From: Octopus sinensis
Taxonomy: Eukaryota
Length of the DNA stretch: 64,000 nucleotides
Direction of reading: 5' to 3'
NCBI RefSeq assembly: GCF_006345805.1
Contig: NC_042999.1
Location: 99,076,001 to 99,140,000 of the forward strand
Shown here: positions 25,766-38,869 of the stretch, one piece after another
How the letters are laid out: every line of letters starts with the position of its first letter
How positions within the stretch are numbered: the stretch's first letter is position 1
Made by a program: the position numbers and the translations under genes
The notes under the pieces: generated by a model
Told to the model about the DNA's origin: nothing
Seen by the model: only the letters and a program-made list of their open reading frames with translations
The model's database searches: none

Positions 25766-28289
25766 TATATATAACCTGTAAGTGGAACAGTATAAACACA
25801 GAAACCTTTTCTCAAGTTCAACATGTAACATTGCTTTCTTTTTTTTATCGACATTCCAATGATAGAACATTGAATCTTTGCTAGAAACCAGCTATTTTTA
25901 ATAATTTGAGGTCTTTCTGTAAGAATTTGTAACAGTAAGACCTCAAATAATTAAGAGAACAAACATGCATTCAATAAGTTGTACAGAGAAAATTTGTAAA
26001 AAAAGTTCAGATATTCTCTATTTAAGGATCCTGGATCAAACCTGTTCACTCAATCACATGAACATGTAGAAAACAAACCCAGACACACTCATGCATATAT
26101 AACCAATAATGAAGTATACACATATGTATATTAAAGTGACATGCATACTCACGACATGAGTAGAAGTTTATCCAAATGTGTGCACACACCAACCAATTCA
26201 AATCTTCACAGTGCTCCAAGAGCTATCTTGATTTAAATAAAAGAGCTTTGTCACTTTGTTAATAACTGGTTTGAATTCTGCAAAACATATACATATGCAT
26301 ACATATATACATACATGAATGAATAAATGATAAGCTTTCAGTTTCCATTTAGTTTTCATTTATTACACTCTACTGACAAAGTATTGGTCCATCTGAAGTA
26401 AAACCAAAAGACATTTTCCCAATGTACTTCACAGTGGAATCACACAGTTGCAAAATGAACTTCTTAACCACTCTGACATGCCTATATATTATATTAAATC
26501 TACAATGAGCTAAAGTCCATAAGGGAAAGGCATTCAGAAAGATACTTGTTAGTCACCAACATTCTGCTCTAATACCTAGCAGGGTCTATTGTTGAGGAAT
26601 CAAGTAAATATGTCAACTTCAATAAATAATTTATGTTATTCATCATCATCATCATCTTTTAATGTCCATTGTCCATGCTGGCATACATTGGATGGTTTGA
26701 CCAGGGCTGGCAATCTGGAAGGCTGCACCAGAATCTGGGCAAGCAGTGTGAAAGGAGAGAGAGTATGATGTGAGAAACAGAGTAATAGGTGTGAAGAAAT
26801 GTGAGAGGAGGATGTAATGAATGAGAGTCTATATGTTGATGGTTGGTTAAGAGAGTGAATAGAAAAATAGCATGAGTGGCATTATGATCAAAGAAAAAGT
26901 GAGAGAGAGAGAGAGAGAGAGAGCACAGTTAGACGGCAGAGGGAGTAATGGAAGTGAGATACAGTTAAGGAAGGTAGAGAGTGAGAAAGAATGATAGGAG
27001 AAAGACTGAGAGAGCAGTATATGGCAAGTAGAATAGAAAGGAGTAATATTGGAGACAGTGAGAGATAGTGTACAGGTGATAGTAGAGAACCAGTGCCACC
27101 CTAGGCACTAGTCATACACACACACACATCATCATTTTAATCTACATTTTATTCTGGTGTGGGTTGGATGAGTTGTCATTGTTTGAATCTTTTCTTAATG
27201 GAAGTTCCTGCTCTCATATACTGGTGTCTGAATGTGTTATTTTGGTTTGGTTTCTGTGTCTGGATACACTTCCTATTATCAACCACTTTACAAAGTGTAT
27301 TGGGTATATTTTGTCAACCCTCCCTTACGTTTCCTTGCTCACTAATCATTCTAGATGTGCATTGATGTCATAAGAATTTTATAAACTTTTGAGAGAACAT
27401 GATATAATTCTTTCTTTGGATCAGTGAATCTTGAAGCATACCTAAACCTATGAATAATATTTACATATCATTTATAACTTTATGTGCTTTGAGATCCACA
27501 ATTTCTAAAAAGATAGACAAATATATGTACACACATACACCTGGTTTTTCTCAGTTACCTTTATTACCCCCACTCAGTTACTTTCTTCCCCCCCCCCCGC
27601 CTACAAACTCTACCATTCACCTCCTTTGTGTGCCTTCTCCTATCTGTGCTTTCTCTCCCCCTCCTGTGCTGCTTTACATCATCAACTCCTTACATATCTG
27701 ATATCACCCTCAATGCCCTCACATAATTGCTGCAAACCCTGCCTCCTGAGTCTCTTCTGTATTTCTCTCCATCATTTGGTACAGTTATCCCATCTTGCTC
27801 ACTCACCCAGCCCAAGTCTCCATATCACCTTACCTATTCTCACCAGCCCCAATGTCCTTCGAGGGCTTGTCTCAAAATATCTTTACCATCATCTCTCTCA
27901 CTATCAGTCTCTTTATTTTACTCTGCAACTTGCTTTCCTTTATTTTCTAACTGGAGTATCCATGCAGCTACTCTACTGCAAGACATCTGTTTCTGTCCTG
28001 CTATACCTTAATCCATTCATTTGGCACAAAGCCACACACCCTCAAAACTACCCTGCTCCCAGCTAGGGGGTTCTGTTTTGCTAGGTACTTGCTGTTGGGG
28101 TTAGTGCCACATAAAAAGTACCCAGTACACTCTGCATCCAACTCATGCAAGCAGGGAAAACTGATGTTAAATGATGGTGGAGATGAATGATGATATATTG
28201 GCCCACCTTTTCTCTCTCCCGCTCATTCTCTCTCTCTATGTATATGTGTATATATATATATATACTTTCATAGGGGGGAAAGAGAGAGA

Positions 28290-28469
28290 GTGGGCCAAAA
28301 GTGACACACCAGAATTTTCAACATTTTATATTACATCATCATCGTTTTTATCATTATTATTATTATTATTCATTTTGTTCATCATATACATGTATATGTG
28401 TAGTCATTATTTACTTTATTCAATTTTTGGTCAGTATTAAACTTATTTTGTGTGTGACTTTTGGTCCAC
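28290..28469. mobile_element. Small MITE
   Basis: Inverted termini gtgggccaaaagtgacacac / gtgtgtgacttttggtccac match 18 of 20. Confidence 0.6.
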
Positions 28470-28483
28470 CATATATATATATT

Positions 28484-28597
28484 GGTCTCGCCCCCCACCA
28501 AGGTCGCCCACTTTCCAGGCTCCACTTGGAGCAACGCTACATCTTCACCCTACAAACTACCACCCCACAGGGACTTAACACAGCCCCCTCCTCTTGA
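28484..28597 (+). mobile_element. Penelope-like element GIY-YIG endonuclease C-terminal fragment
   Basis: Reads GLAPHQGRPLSRLHLEQRYIFTLQTTTPQGLNTAPSS*, matching the R...E...I..L.T..P.GLN terminus typical of Penelope-like elements. Confidence 0.65.
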
Positions 28598-28629
28598 GAT
28601 CTGCCTTTTTTTTTTTTTTTTTTTTTTTT

Positions 28630-31385
28630 GCACACCACCCACACACACACACCCACCTGCCTCCCACACGCACACACCCACCCACCTACCTCCCACACAC
28701 ACCCAACCACCTACCTCCCACACGCCTGTTCACACACACACATACGCAGACCCATTTACGTACATACATTCACACATTTAATCACACACACTTACAGACA
28801 TACTAGCACACACTAACATACAAACCAACATGCACATACACACACACATACATACATACGCACACACATACATACTTACACACACACACACACACACAGA
28901 CATACATACACACATACACACACACATACCTACGCACATACATACACACACACTCACACACACACACACACACCGCACGTACATACTTCACACACACACA
29001 TGCAAACATACATGTAGGCACATACATACATACATGCCCACACATGCACACCCTTACACTGAATGCACACACACATACACCTTTTTGCATCCAGGCAGCC
29101 CCCCCTCTTTTCTGCTTTCCGGTTTTGGCTGATGGATCCTCGGTTCCCGCGTAGCGGGGCGTTCGAGGGCCTTTGCGCTCGCGCGCCTTGGCGCGCGCTG
29201 GGGGCTTGGTCGGCCCCTTGGGCTTGCGTTGTACTGCTTGTGCGTTGTGTGCGTGAGCGCGCTTTGTGCGTGTGGGCTTGCTTCGGATGTGCGCGTACGT
29301 ATGTATGCATACATACCCACACACTCGCATGCATCCCTACCCACATACATACACGCACACATACTCACACACACACATACACACACATACCTGCACACAC
29401 ACACACATACATACATACACATACATACCTACTTCAGACATACACACACACAGACATACACCCATACACTCACACTCACACGCATACACACACACACATA
29501 CACACGCACACGTACACATACACACACACACACACACCTACATACATACATTACACTTGTATACACACACTTACATTCATACACACACACACCTACACAG
29601 CCATACCCTCATTCAGACACACACATCTACCTACACACACACAAACACACACGGACACACACCCATACATACATACATCTACACACACACGCCTACACAC
29701 ATACATACACACATACATAAACACACACACATATACATATACACACATACGCACACACACATATACTTATACACATGCACACACACACACATACATACAT
29801 ACACCCATATACATACATACACACATACCCACATACTCCTATACGCACATACATACACAAAGACATACACACTTACACACTCACACAAACATACACACAC
29901 ACATACTTACACACACACTCACCTGCACGCGCACACACATGCATGACAAACACCCATACACTCACACTCACATACGTACACACCAACATAAACACGCACA
30001 CGCACACACACACCTACACTCCCACACACATACACACGCACCTACATACACACACGCACGCATACACACGCACACACACATACATTACACACGTACACAC
30101 ACACCCACATACACATGCATACACACACACACACAAACATGCACGGACACACCCAGACATACACCTATATACACACGCCCACACACGTACATACACACAC
30201 ATACACACACGCCCACACACCTACATACACACACATACATACACACACATACACGGACACACCCACACATACTTACATACATACACCTATACACACACGC
30301 CTACACACCTACATACACACACATGCATACACACACACACACATGTACGCACATACACACACATATACGCACATACATATATACCCACACACATGCACAC
30401 ACACACACACATACGCACATGCATGCATGCATGCACACGCGCACACCTACACGCATACACACACACACACGCACGTACACATACATACATACACACACGC
30501 ATACATACACCCATACACATACATGCATCCGACACACACATACATACACACTCACACATACATACACACACACACACTTACTCACACACCTGTATGTACG
30601 CGCACACACATGCACATACACACACTTCCCCACACCCACACGTACATACATACACACTCACACACATACACACACACACACGGACATACATCTATGCACA
30701 CACATACATACACACATACTCACATACATTCATCGCACACACTGCCACCCAGACATACACACAGACACACTCACACATCCACACACATACATACGTACTC
30801 GCATACTCGCAGGCACGCGCACATACGCACTTACGCCGGCTCGCGTTGCATACGCGTCGCATACACCTCGCCCTTGGACCTGACGAGACCTCCCGCCCGT
30901 TCCTGGGACCGTCGCGTGTCGTTGGGTTTTCCCACGCCTGTCTCCGCGGTACCACTCTTCCATCTTCCCCTCAGCTGGAGTCCTTTTTCCTTACCCCCCC
31001 CTTTTTTCGTTACACACACGCGCACACATATACACACCTTGCCTATATATATACATCACTCTTACACACATTCAATCTACTCATTAATACCACCACGACA
31101 CTGGACACACACACACACTACTACTCAACACACGCTGGCACGCTACATACGCCCCCACCCCTTCCCCTCCCTCCCTTCCTCCTTCCTTCTTTTTCTTACT
31201 ACTGACCTCCCTTCCTCCTTCCTTCTTTTTCTTGTCTGCTAGCTGACCACTAGTCTCGCCCTACCTCACACGCCTACACACAGACGCACACACTAACACA
31301 CACCTATATTTTTTTGTTTTTTCATCTCGCCTCACACACACACATACACACACGCACATGCACACACTCACACATACACACACAT
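28630..31385. repeat. ~2.8-kb degenerate (CA/CATA/CACG)n tract with two GC-rich islands (about 29090-29300 and 30810-31010)
   Basis: Direct inspection; source of the His/Thr-rich pseudo-ORFs. Confidence 0.9.
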
Positions 31386-31556
31386 CTGTTGGGTTACCAA
31401 CCTTGTCTCCACTCTTTTGCCTTTAAAAACCCACTTTGCTCTTGTTATCGTCAACATCCGCCTTCACCATGTGCAACTCGTAAACACCAGTCGTCTTTTT
31501 TCTCTTTCCCTGTTGCCCGCTCTGGGATCTTTCTTTCCTCTCTCTTCCTTCTTTAT

Positions 31557-31591
31557 GTTTCCGACGAAGAGCTCCGCTCGAAACGTCATAC
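31557..31591 (+). ncRNA. Minimal hammerhead-like motif with one core substitution
   Basis: GTTT-CCGACGA-A-GAGC-tcc-GCTC-GAAAC-GTC-ATAC. The core is CUGACGA with U>C, stem II is GAGC/GCTC, helix III the palindrome ACGT, the triplet GUC, and stem I pairs 3 of 4. Confidence 0.55.
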
Positions 31592-31679
31592 CTCCCTGCT
31601 TCCATCTCCTGAGCGCCTATTAATAATAATACTGTAATTGTTCCTGTTGTTGTTGTTTTTTTTGTTTCCCTTTTGGATT

Positions 31680-31715
<36 letters not shown>

Positions 31716-32254
31716 ATATATACATATATGTACATACATACATATATATATGCATATATGGGTACAGGACATCACAAAACATAAACAACATGAAATATGA
31801 AGACATACTTTGGTATGTGAACAACAAGAGAAACAAGACAATTACCATAAAAAAACCCACCCTTCTTCAGTCATCAAATGTCCATCTACTCCTCATATCG
31901 AGCAAATAACGACAATATGAGGCTTTGAAAAGGCAGTTGCTCCTGCAGACCAAAATAAAATTTGGGATTTGTGGAGGGTCAAAGTTGGTAACCAAAACAG
32001 GACAACAAACCAAATGCAAACAAACATGGAGGGCTGTTAGACCAGTCGAGGTAAGGTAGTGAGCACTGGAGGAATATTGTCTTTGACAAGAGAAAAGATA
32101 GAAAGGAGACAGATAAGAATGTGTCTGGTCTGTAAGATAGACTGAAAGAAAAGAAAGATGATCATGTGAGGAAAAGAAAGATGGACGATGAACAGGTGTA
32201 AGCAATGAGAGAGAGTAAAGGAGAAAGAGGGAGAGATATAGAAAATGGTCAAGT

Positions 32255-32398
32255 GGAGAAAAAAGAATTAGAGAAAGGATGAGAGAGAAAAGAATGAAAG
32301 GGGGAGAAAAAAGAATTAGAGAAAGGAAGAGAGAAAAAAATGAAAGGGGGAGAAAAAAGAATTAGAGAAAGGAAGAGAGAAAAAATGAAAGGGGGAGA
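32255..32398. repeat. Purine-rich minisatellite, ~46-bp unit x3
   Basis: ggagaaaaaagaattagagaaaggaagagagaaaaaaatgaaaggg repeated at 32255, 32303 and 32349. Confidence 0.85.
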
Positions 32399-32442
32399 GA
32401 GAGAACAGTACAGGGTAGTGTCGCATCAAAATTATTAAGATG

Positions 32443-32900
32443 AACTTACTTGGAAATGGACGCGTTGTGTTCAATCATATAATAATATGAATAAAATGAT
32501 ATATATGCATATATACATACATATATATGTATATATATATGCATATATGGGTGCAGGACATTACAAAATATAAACAACATGAAATACAAAGACAAACTTT
32601 GGTATGCAAACAATGAGAGGAACAAACGGAAAACAAGAGAAGTACCATAAAAAATAACCCTTCATCTATTGTCAGCTGCTCATCTACTCCTCATTTTGAG
32701 CGTTGTTTTCATATTTCATGTTGTTTACATTTTGTGACGTTCTGTACCCATATATGCATATATATATATATATACATATATATATACATATATATATACA
32801 TACATATGTATGTATGTGTACATATTTGTGTGTATATATATATATATATATATATTTATTATTATATGATTGAACACCACACATCCATTTCTAAGTAAGT

Positions 32901-32901
<1 letters not shown>
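32443..32901. mobile_element. Diverged foldback element (arms 32443-32586 / 32712-32901, including microsatellites); a sister copy of the core lies at about 31745-31900
   Basis: aacttacttggaaatggacgcgttgtgttcaatcatataataat and atatgggtgcaggacattacaaaatataaacaacatgaaata both have reverse-complement partners with several mismatches. Confidence 0.7.
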
Positions 32902-32956
<55 letters not shown>

Positions 32957-33004
32957 ATATATATATATATATACGCGAGAAAGAAGCAACAAGAATGGAT
33001 AGGT

Positions 33005-33095
33005 TTTTAGTACAATCGTTTCATACAAGGACAGGCTTTATTAAAAGTTGTAAAAATTACAGCATATAAACGTGTCCCGTACTCATCAGCTAAAA
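33005..33095 (-). ncRNA. Type I hammerhead motif, left arm of the 263-bp palindrome
   Basis: Exact reverse complement of 33392-33482. Confidence 0.72.
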
Positions 33096-33391
33096 TACAT
33101 GTGAGTTCTCTAGACATCCTAGTGGTTGAGGCTATACTCATGAAGTAATGTAGATAATTAAGTAACATAAACAGATTTCCAAAGTTCATTAAAGTTCTTT
33201 AAAGATGATGTACAGTCTTATCACAGAATTTTAAAAAGGACAACAAAATTTTTTAAAATTCTGTGATAAGACTGTACATCATCTTTAAAGAACTTTAATG
33301 AACTTTGGAAATCTGTTTATGTTACTTAATTATCTACATTACTTCATGAGTATAGCCTCAACCACTAGGATGTCTAGAGAACTCACATGTA

Positions 33392-33482
33392 TTTTAGCTG
33401 ATGAGTACGGGACACGTTTATATGCTGTAATTTTTACAACTTTTAATAAAGCCTGTCCTTGTATGAAACGATTGTACTAAAA
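33392..33482 (+). ncRNA. Type I hammerhead motif with extended stem II loop, right arm of the palindrome
   Basis: TTTTAG-CTGATGA-GTACGGGACA-(39 nt)-TGTCCTTGTAT-GAAAC-GATT-GTA-CTAAAA. It has a 6-bp stem I, a ~10-bp stem II with G-U pairs and one bulge, an intact core and a GUA triplet at 33474-33476. Confidence 0.75.
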
Positions 33483-33625
33483 ACCTATCCATTCTTGTTG
33501 CTTCTTTCTCGCTTATAATCACCCCACATTACTGTATTGTTAAAACAGTATAGTTTTTTTTGGTGCATCTAAGTTAGGTACCATATTCAAGTAAATTCAT
33601 TTAAATTAACTTGAATCTTTATTGC

Positions 33626-33684
<59 letters not shown>

Positions 33685-33699
33685 CTGGTGCAGGCTTCT

Positions 33700-34365
33700 G
33701 CCTTGCCAGCTCTTGTGAAACTGTCCCACCCATGCCAGCATGGGAGGCAGACATTAAACGATGATGATGATGATATATGTATATATATTTGTATGTATGT
33801 GTATACATGATACGCATCTTTCAGTTTCCATTTACCAAACCCATTCACAAGGTTTTGGTCAGTCAAAGAATGCAGTAGAAGATACTTGCCCAAGGTGCCC
33901 TCAGTGGGACTGAACCCAGAACCATGGCTGGAAGGCAAGCTTCTTAACACACAGTCACATGCACATGTGGTAAGTAGCTTGCTTACCAACTACATGGTTC
34001 CGGGTTTATTCCCACTGCATGGCACCTTGGGCAAGTGTCTTCTACTATAGCTTCGGGCTGACCAAAGCCTTGGGAGTGGATTTGGTAGACAGAAACTGAA
34101 AGAAGCCTGTTGTATATATGTATATATATATATATGTATGTGTGTGTATATGTTTGTGTGTCTGTGTTTGTCCCCCCAACATCGCTTGACAACCAATGGT
34201 GGTGTGTTTACATCCCCATTACTTAGCGGTTCGGCAAAAGAGACCGATAGAATAAGTACTAGGCTTCCAAAGAATAAGTCCTGGGGTCCATTTGCTCGAC
34301 TAAAGGCAGTGCTCCAGCATGGCTGCAGTCAAATGACTGAAACATGTAAAAGAGATAAAAGAGGA
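33700..34365. mobile_element. Head-to-head SINE pair (minus about 33700-33965; plus about 33966-34365, near full length)
   Basis: The plus copy is very similar to the SINE at 985-1480; the minus copy is the reverse complement of the same head. Confidence 0.8.
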
Positions 34366-35259
34366 AAACAATATATACATACACATTCACACACACATAT
34401 ATCATATTGCGTGTGTGTATAACATCTGTATAACACATCTTGTCTTACCCTAATTTATACAGTGCATGAATATATAAACTATCAATAGTACTGCAATTAT
34501 TATTATTTGTCTTTCATTTTCTAACATTTTGCTTGCAGCTGGAATTATTATGTATCAGGTTAATAATCCATATCTTGCTAACTAAAAGTACTTCTGCCAG
34601 CTATCTGTATCAGTGTCTCCAATCTTATTCCAGCCTCCACTCACTCTATGCTTTAAGCCTATAGAAATTGATTCTATAATTCTTGTTTGCTAATCATGTT
34701 TTATATGATGTCTTTATATGATGTTTTTTTTTTTTGTTTTAAATCTTTGCTCTCAATGATGTTTCTGGCACCAGTGCCATAGTATTATAAGACATATGTC
34801 TGGCACCAGCCTCTTTTCCATTAATTTGTTTCTCATCATCACCTTTTCTTCATTGTTATATTAATTGATATATGAGAATGTATTGCTCAATTTTCTTTCT
34901 ATATGACCTTATGACCTCCTTTATCCAGCCCAGGGCCACACTACCTTCTTCATCTTGAATTCTTTCTCACTTACTTTCTTTTTGTTGATAACGCCTATAC
35001 AGCATATATTACTCTTTAAACCACCAAAAGAGATCAAAGCATATCTGTATTTCAATCTATACCCTCCATCAAATGTCATATGTATGTATATCTACACACA
35101 CACATGCATGTGTGTGTGTATTTATATATGTATGTACACAGTGTGTGTGTGTAATATCATCTGGATAATAACCTATAATGTGCATTTCAAAGCTTCTCTA
35201 CATTTATCGGCTACCATATGCAATCATACAGCAGGAATATTCCTTTTACTGAATATAAA

Positions 35260-35500
35260 TGTGAATTATTATACAAGAAGATGTAATGAACAGGCTTTAT
35301 TCCAAATCACAAATTATTTCTGTGCATTAGCAACAACTGTCAGTTGCTAAGTGTTTCACATATACTTATTATCATAAAAATATTATATACATACCAATAT
35401 GATCAGCTGTAGCTATGCACTTGCACATCATCAGGTGAGTGGTTTTGAGAGTACTTCTGGATCACCTATAGTTTCCCATTGTTTTATAGCAATATCATAT
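35260..35500 (-). mobile_element. Interspersed repeat, inverted relative to its homologue at 38450-38690
   Basis: Shared blocks acaatgggaaactata...ccactca(c/t)ctgatgatgtgc and gaaacact(t/c)agcaa...gttgctaatgcaca...catcttcttgta. Confidence 0.65.
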
Positions 35501-36379
35501 TTTTAGTATTCCCTTGGTAAAGAGCAGCACACAGATTCAAATTGGCACAAGTCGTATAAAATACCAAATAGATTAATAGAAATAAAAATCAAAATGTAAA
35601 TTATGAAATAAATAGATTAAAATTAATCAATGGAAATTTAAAAAATCAAATATATAATATATTTATTAACGAAACTTCATATTCAGTTTTTTCTTTAGCA
35701 TAGATGTATCTTGCTTATTATGAAGATAGATTAGCACTCTAACATAATAATATTGTCAAAATATAAACTAGAAGCATATACCTGTTAAATATTGAATAAT
35801 ACCTAAAAGATTTAGGGAAATGTCTATCGAATGTGGAGAAAAATTTTCTAGCAATTTGAAGAGTCATATGGTGAAATTATCACATGCAACATCAAATAAT
35901 TTTAAATATCATATTCATAAAGCTGAATATAACAATTTTAGACTCTAAAAATATAATCTGGAATAACACAGGTCCGAAGTGTAGGAAAGACCATAATGCT
36001 GTGGAGCAAAATCTTGATAGTCCATGTGATCCTAATATAAGTGTATATATCAACATTAGTGTAGATAATAGGAGTAGCAACAGGAATAGCACTGGGAATG
36101 ACAGCAATGAGAATAATGGAAATAAAAATAGTAATAATAACAGCAATAACTATCAAGAGGAAAGATATGAAAACGAATACAAGGAGCAACCTGGTTGCAA
36201 ATATTAATATAAAAAATGAAATTGTTGAGATAAGAAAGCATGTCCTTTGGTGAATGAATGTTTATGTAGAAATGTTATATATAAATGTACAGTAAAAACA
36301 AGTGCATATATATATATGCACTCACAGAGGCAATGACAAAAGACTGAGACCTCTGGAGATATGCTGTGATTAAGAAGAC

Positions 36380-36962
36380 TCAGCAAGTAAAGCAAGATCA
36401 CATCCATAACCTACACCAGTGTCACATAACCAACCCATTTAAAAAGTACCTTTGAATCATCGGGTGACATTCCATGCTTGTGGAGAGTTACTGAGTCAAG
36501 TAAAATAAAAAATAAAAATCGAAATGAAATCAAATCACAGTCAAACGGAAATTGCAGTTGTGGCCAATGCTAGTGCTGCCTGACTGGTGGCATGCAATAA
36601 GCACCCTACATGCGTGGGTCATTGCCAGTGCTGCCTGACTGGCTCCTCATGCTGGTAGCTCATAAAAAGCACCATCTGAATTTGGTCAATGCCAGCCCCC
36701 CCCCCACCTGACTGATTCCTGTGCCAGTAGCACGTAAAAGGCACCATCAGAATGTAGCTGATCGAGTACCACCTGACTGGCTCCTGTGCTGGTGGCATGT
36801 ATAAAGCAGCCACTACACTCTCGGAGTGGTTTGCATTAGGAAGGGCATCCAGCTGTAAGAATACTGCCAGATCAGACTGGAGCCTGGCTTGCCAGTGCCC
36901 AGACAAACCGTCCAACCCATGCTAGCATGGAAAACGGACGTTAGGCTATGATGATGATGATG
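36380..36962 (+). mobile_element. SINE of the (GAT)n-tailed family
   Basis: Ends ccaacccatgctagcatggaaaacggacgtta...gatgatgatg; related copies at about 17700-17940, 51560-51890, 59650-60075 (minus), 60385-60580 and 61990-62170. Confidence 0.75.
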
Positions 36963-37011
36963 GTATATATATATGTATATGTGTGTGTGTATATATATAT
37001 GTATATATGTG

Positions 37012-37043
<32 letters not shown>

Positions 37044-38869
37044 ATATATATGCATGCATATTTATAGGTTTAACAAGCGACACTTTCAAAAGCTGCATCA
37101 TTTATGAACAACTGCAAAAGGCAATGTACATCACTCAGACCTTATATGGGACTTCACATTGTAAAAAGCACAATGCAGCATGACTTGAACAGTAATACGA
37201 AATGTGAAACTATATAACGCACACTCAAAAGTCTGTAAACCTCTGCCTGGAAGAGACCCTTGAAATAGTATTGTTGTGACAAAATAATCAACAAATGCTC
37301 AAAAATTATATCAACTTGTAATCATAGCTTTAAAAGACCATTTCTGGAATTTAGAAACAATATGTAACATTCAATGTTACATCAATCTTTCATTTACACA
37401 AAAATGCATTTATAATTTGGTGATTTCATCTACTGGCAAGATTATATTGTTGCTTACTTGAATTATCTGATATTCATAATAATTTGTATGTATCTATGAT
37501 CATTTAGTGATATCAATCCACGATTCGCTCAAAACTGCTATTATAATGTTTCAGTATCATTAATGGTATGCTTTTTTTTATATTGCTGTCCACCTAAATT
37601 GTATATTCCTATAATAACTGATATGTTAGGTACAATTGTTTAGGTAAAGGGGAAATGACTATAGAATGGACCTTTTTGTTCTGACAGAATGTTGTAGCAT
37701 AAGTGGTAAAATGACTGGTATAGCGGCATGGAGAGATGCACATTCATGAGAGCAAAAATCTGTCTAATTTTAGATAAATATATATTGGTATATATAAATA
37801 TATGTATGTTAATGCAAAATAAAAAGAATATGTATACATAATATATGTGTGGGAGAGAAAACTATTGATTTGACCTCACATTATGGAATGAGGGGAATCA
37901 TCAATTGTATGTATGTATGTATAGGTGTATGTGTACATGGGTATGCAAGTAGGTATGTGTCTAAGAATGTCTATATAAATGTACAAATGTATGTGAATGC
38001 ATGAGTATATATATTGTGTATAAGGGTGTGATAGCGTCTGTTAATAACTGTGGCTAAATTTAAGTTAATGAGCAGTCTAGTAGACAAGTTGGTATCCTGC
38101 TGGGGTAATAAGTTGACCACTGGTCCTTTGAAAAAAAATGTTTACAGACAAAAGAGATAAAGAATTCTTCTAGTTTATATTTTTGCAACATTATTATGTT
38201 AGAGTGTTAATCTATCTTCATAAAAGGCAAGACACATCTTGGCAAAAGAAAAGACTAAATATGAGATTTTGATAATTTATATTTTATACTTTTAATTTTG
38301 TATTTCCTTTGATTAATTCTGGTCTATTTGTTTTATAATTAATATTCTTGATTTTTATTTCCATTAATTTCTTTGGTATTTTATGACTTGTGTCTGTTGA
38401 AATCTATATGTTGCACTTTATAAAGGGATTACTAAAAATACAATATTGGTATAAGACAATGGGAAACTATAAGCAATCCAACAGTGTCCAGAAAGCCACT
38501 CATCTGATGATGTGCGATGCATAGCAATAGCTATGCACTTGCACATCATATTTATATGTATATAATATCTTTACAATGTGTAAAGCATGTGAAACACTCA
38601 GCAAGTAACAGCTGTTGCTAATGCACAAAAACAATTGTAATTTGGATTAAAACTTGTTCATTCCATCTTCTTGTATTATAAGCTTTTTTTACTTTTTTTA
38701 TATATGTACGTATATATCTTTGTGTGTATGTTTATATATTGATATATATGTGTAGATATATGTCCATGTATATATGTATATATATTATGCAAAAATGAAA
38801 ATAATACTGACATCTCCTTTTAGCAAATATATTTACCAAAATTACATAAGAATATCTTGAAATACTAAA

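Larger units (their letters stand above)
32975..33512. mobile_element. Perfect 263-bp palindrome (32975-33237 / 33250-33512, 12-nt spacer), probably a Penelope-like terminal repeat in inverted duplication
   Basis: Coordinates pair to a constant sum of 66487; an identical 60-aa ORF appears on both strands; a hammerhead lies in each arm. Confidence 0.85.

Noticed and set aside
29063-31242. Long ORFs (606, 476, 375 aa and others) rich in His/Thr/Tyr
   Set aside because: They are translations of a (CA/CATA)n tract, which lacks stop codons by composition; there is no domain or splice support.
32255-32398. CRISPR-like or regulatory repeat array
   Set aside because: Simple tandem minisatellite with no spacers, in a eukaryotic context.
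34539-34558. Strong acceptor (CTAAC branch, TGC, pyrimidine tract) with a 20-nt putative exon
   Set aside because: The length shifts the frame, the donor is modest, and there is no supporting evidence.
35884-36207. 107-aa Asn-rich ORF as a possible RGS exon
   Set aside because: Low-complexity AAT/AGT sequence with no phase-compatible acceptor and donor pair.
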